Positions 17,780-20,000 of a stretch of DNA of 20,000 nt are shown in pieces. Within the stretch, counting starts at the first letter, position 1. Each line of letters starts with the position of its first letter. A program made the position numbers and the translations under genes. Source of the DNA: Malassezia furfur (taxonomy: Eukaryota); NCBI GenBank assembly GCA_052055015.1, contig JBQJIT010000015.1, one strand, 5' to 3'. Under the pieces are notes generated by a model. That model saw only the letters and a program-made list of their open reading frames with translations, had not been told where the DNA came from and searched no databases.

Positions 17780-19659
17780 CTATTCATTCTGAGTCTTGGT
17801 CGTATCCTCGCTCGCCAACTTCTTGTGGGGAGGAGTGTCGGGCGGTGACGCCTTGCGCTTAAGCGTTGTCTCTTCTTCCATCTTTACCATCTCGGCGCTC
17901 GGATTGTCGACGGAAGGAAGAGGGTCATTGAATGCCGGCACGTCCGTAGCTGCTGTGGCAGACTCGGATTGAGAGGAAGAAGTCTGGACCGGTTCTTCTT
18001 TCACGCTCTCTGACATGGTCTTGGCCGAGTAATGGCAAGACGCATGCACATAAGCATTGTCCAAAGCCATGGCATTCTTCCAAATCCACTCCTCGAGATC
18101 TTCGCTCCATTCGCTCTGGAATTTTTCTTTGCAGATCCGGCACGGCATCGCTGCAACCTCGGGATCTTCGGGCACCACAACATACGTGCTCGCGAACTTC
18201 TCCCTCAGCGCTTGTTCTTGAACAGGCGTAATGCCAGTGCCGGCGTCGTCGCCGTAAGTGGGGTCACTCACGTCGTCGAACCCGCTACGAATCCAGCGTG
18301 GTACAGGGTCGAACCAGGAGCGACTTTGACCACGCGCAATGCTCGCACGAGAGCGGCGATTCTGCGAGAAGTGCCAGTCTAGATGCAAGTCTAGCCCATT
18401 TTTGCCGGCTTTGGTGTCGGGGTATCGGTTTGCACATTGACGGCAGGGTAACGGCAGGTTTTCTTTGATCACCAGTTCGACCTCGGGAGGTGGGCGCGAC
18501 AGGTCATAGGTGGTTAGTCGAAGATCAAGCGATAGAATGTAGTCGGTGTATTGTCTGTCTTGACTTAGACGTGGGGGGTTCGTAGCTTGGACCACCGCCG
18601 GCGTCGAAGGCGTCGGCGTGGAAGCGGATGGCAAAAGACCCGCTTTCATCAGGTTGGCAATTAGCTCAGACGCCGACGGTGCACCCTCTGTGGGCGAAGA
18701 CGCCACAGGCGCTGCTGCGGGCGCGGGCGCGGGCGCGGGGACAGGCGCGGGTGTACCATGCGCCGAGCGCGTGTCGCTAGGTCGCTTTGAAAGCACATCC
18801 AGCTCACGCTGCACCTCGGCCAGAAGCTCTGGTCTCGGCTCCATCCCCTGCACCTTGTCTTTCAGTTCGCGAAGGACATTGATACGATCCAAGACGGATG
18901 GATCGTGAGGATTCCTAGAGCGTTCCTGCGTTTTAAGTGCAAGGAGGCGCTCAATGTTCGCCAGCAACTGCGACTGTGTCGGCTGCGATGACGAGGCCTT
19001 GGGCGTAGGGCCCTGACTACCAAACAAGGAACGTTCAATCGTCCATTGCGGCCCCTCGCCGAACAAAGGGCCACCCCCCGGTCCTGCTGCACGCCATGTG
19101 GCAAGCAATTCTTCCATGCGCCTCTTGGTGGGTTGGTCCACCACGCGGTAAGATTCAAGGAAGAGTGTTGCCACGCGTGGCGCCCAGAGTTCGGTGTAGG
19201 GTGAGCCAATGTTCTTGCAAATTGAATCCATCAAGTACATCGACGGTAACCGAAGTGGCGGTGGTGACTATCCTGGTTAGCGGCCCGCCAAACGCTATCA
19301 TACATTATACGTACCATGATGATATGTGTGTCAATAAGCTTGGCCACCAACGTAGACATGCGGTGCACATGCTCCTGAGCAATAAGCGTCAGGTTAGTGA
19401 TGATGGGCTTCGAGTTGAACGTGAGTTGCGCCAGCTGCCCACGGTACATGCGCTCGAAGGCAGCCGGGTTCGAGAGCGACGCCGATGGATCGTGAGGCGG
19501 CGCGCCACCAACATAGCCACCTGGGCCGGGCGTCGCTACCGGATACGAGGGAGTTCCACTACCATACCCGGGAGCTGCTGGCGCCCCGTACTGATTGAAC
19601 CCATAGCCGTACGACTCAGACCCATTCGCTGACGGATATGCGTATGAATTTGGATACAT
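17780..19659 (-). CDS. PCF11: mRNA 3'-end cleavage/termination factor Pcf11; exons 19659-19315 and 19267-17780 (~610 aa)
   Basis: CID domain LTFNSKPIITNLTLIAQE...RLPSMYLMDSICKN. Zinc fingers CRQCANR...HLDWH and CRICKE...HASC flank the Clp1-binding QSRSWF motif. One 47-nt intron at 19268-19314. Confidence 0.92.
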
Positions 19660-19811
19660 TCCGCAAGCAGACGCAAAGTATTCTCACAGTAACTACACGT
19701 TCGTCGACCCCAACCTCGTCTGGACCGACCCGCTCGTCTCACGGTCCTCCACAAACCGCGCGCGGTCGTGCACGACGACGCCACGCGCCGCGTGCCTCCC
19801 CCACATTACGG

Positions 19812-19841
19812 CACGTGACTAAAACTATCAATTCGCACGTG
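19812..19841. promoter_or_regulatory. Paired GCACGTGAC E-boxes upstream of PCF11 (CACGTG at 19812 and 19836)
   Basis: Two identical 9-mers 24 nt apart match the Cbf1/USF-type RTCACGTG motif on the minus strand. Confidence 0.45.
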
Positions 19842-19958
19842 ACGATTACAGCAGGATCATGGGCACTTCGCGCGTCGTCGCTCTTCTCTACCCATCTCGG
19901 CGCTTGCGCAAGGTGTGTTCACGCCTGTGACGCTCTCTAACCTTTCAGACTATCCGTG

Positions 19959-20000
19959 ATGCTGACGATCTACAAGGACTTGGATCTTGACATCCCGTCG
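19959..20000 (+). CDS. Possible start of the next gene (MLTIYKDLDLDIPS...), preceded by a putative 36-nt intron at 19913-19948
   Basis: GTGTGT...CTAAC CTTTCAG resembles the other introns, and the ATG at 19959 is open to the window edge. It is too short to identify. Confidence 0.3.
   Translation, partial: MLTIYKDLDLDIPS

Overview
Very gene-dense, GC-rich fungal genomic DNA. It is most likely Malassezia or a related ustilaginomycotine yeast, inferred from the tiny intergenic gaps, very short GT-AG introns and tandem secreted aspartyl proteases. I reconstructed 13 protein-coding genes by hand: a PHO87/90/91-type phosphate transporter (5'-truncated), an MTM1-type mitochondrial carrier, PUS3/DEG1, a SET lysine methyltransferase, a Cyp33/PPIE-like RRM-only protein absent from the ORF track, IDI1, eIF3k, PHA2, two tandem pepsin-family proteases, a class II DAHP synthase, COG3 and PCF11. 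Three things stand out. (1) Of 16 inferred spliceosomal introns, 12 are only 21-24 nt, with an apparent geometric floor: branch A at >=+16 and the 3' AG ending >=5 nt after it. Three of them are in-frame and stop-free, so they are invisible to ORF finders. (2) The only long intron (148 nt, eIF3k) carries a box C/D snoRNA candidate with a 12-nt guide to 18S rRNA at the human Am166/SNORD44-equivalent site. (3) The protease paralogues differ in charge, and one has a Gly/Ser tandem-repeat insert. All gene names come from recalled family motifs; no searches were run.
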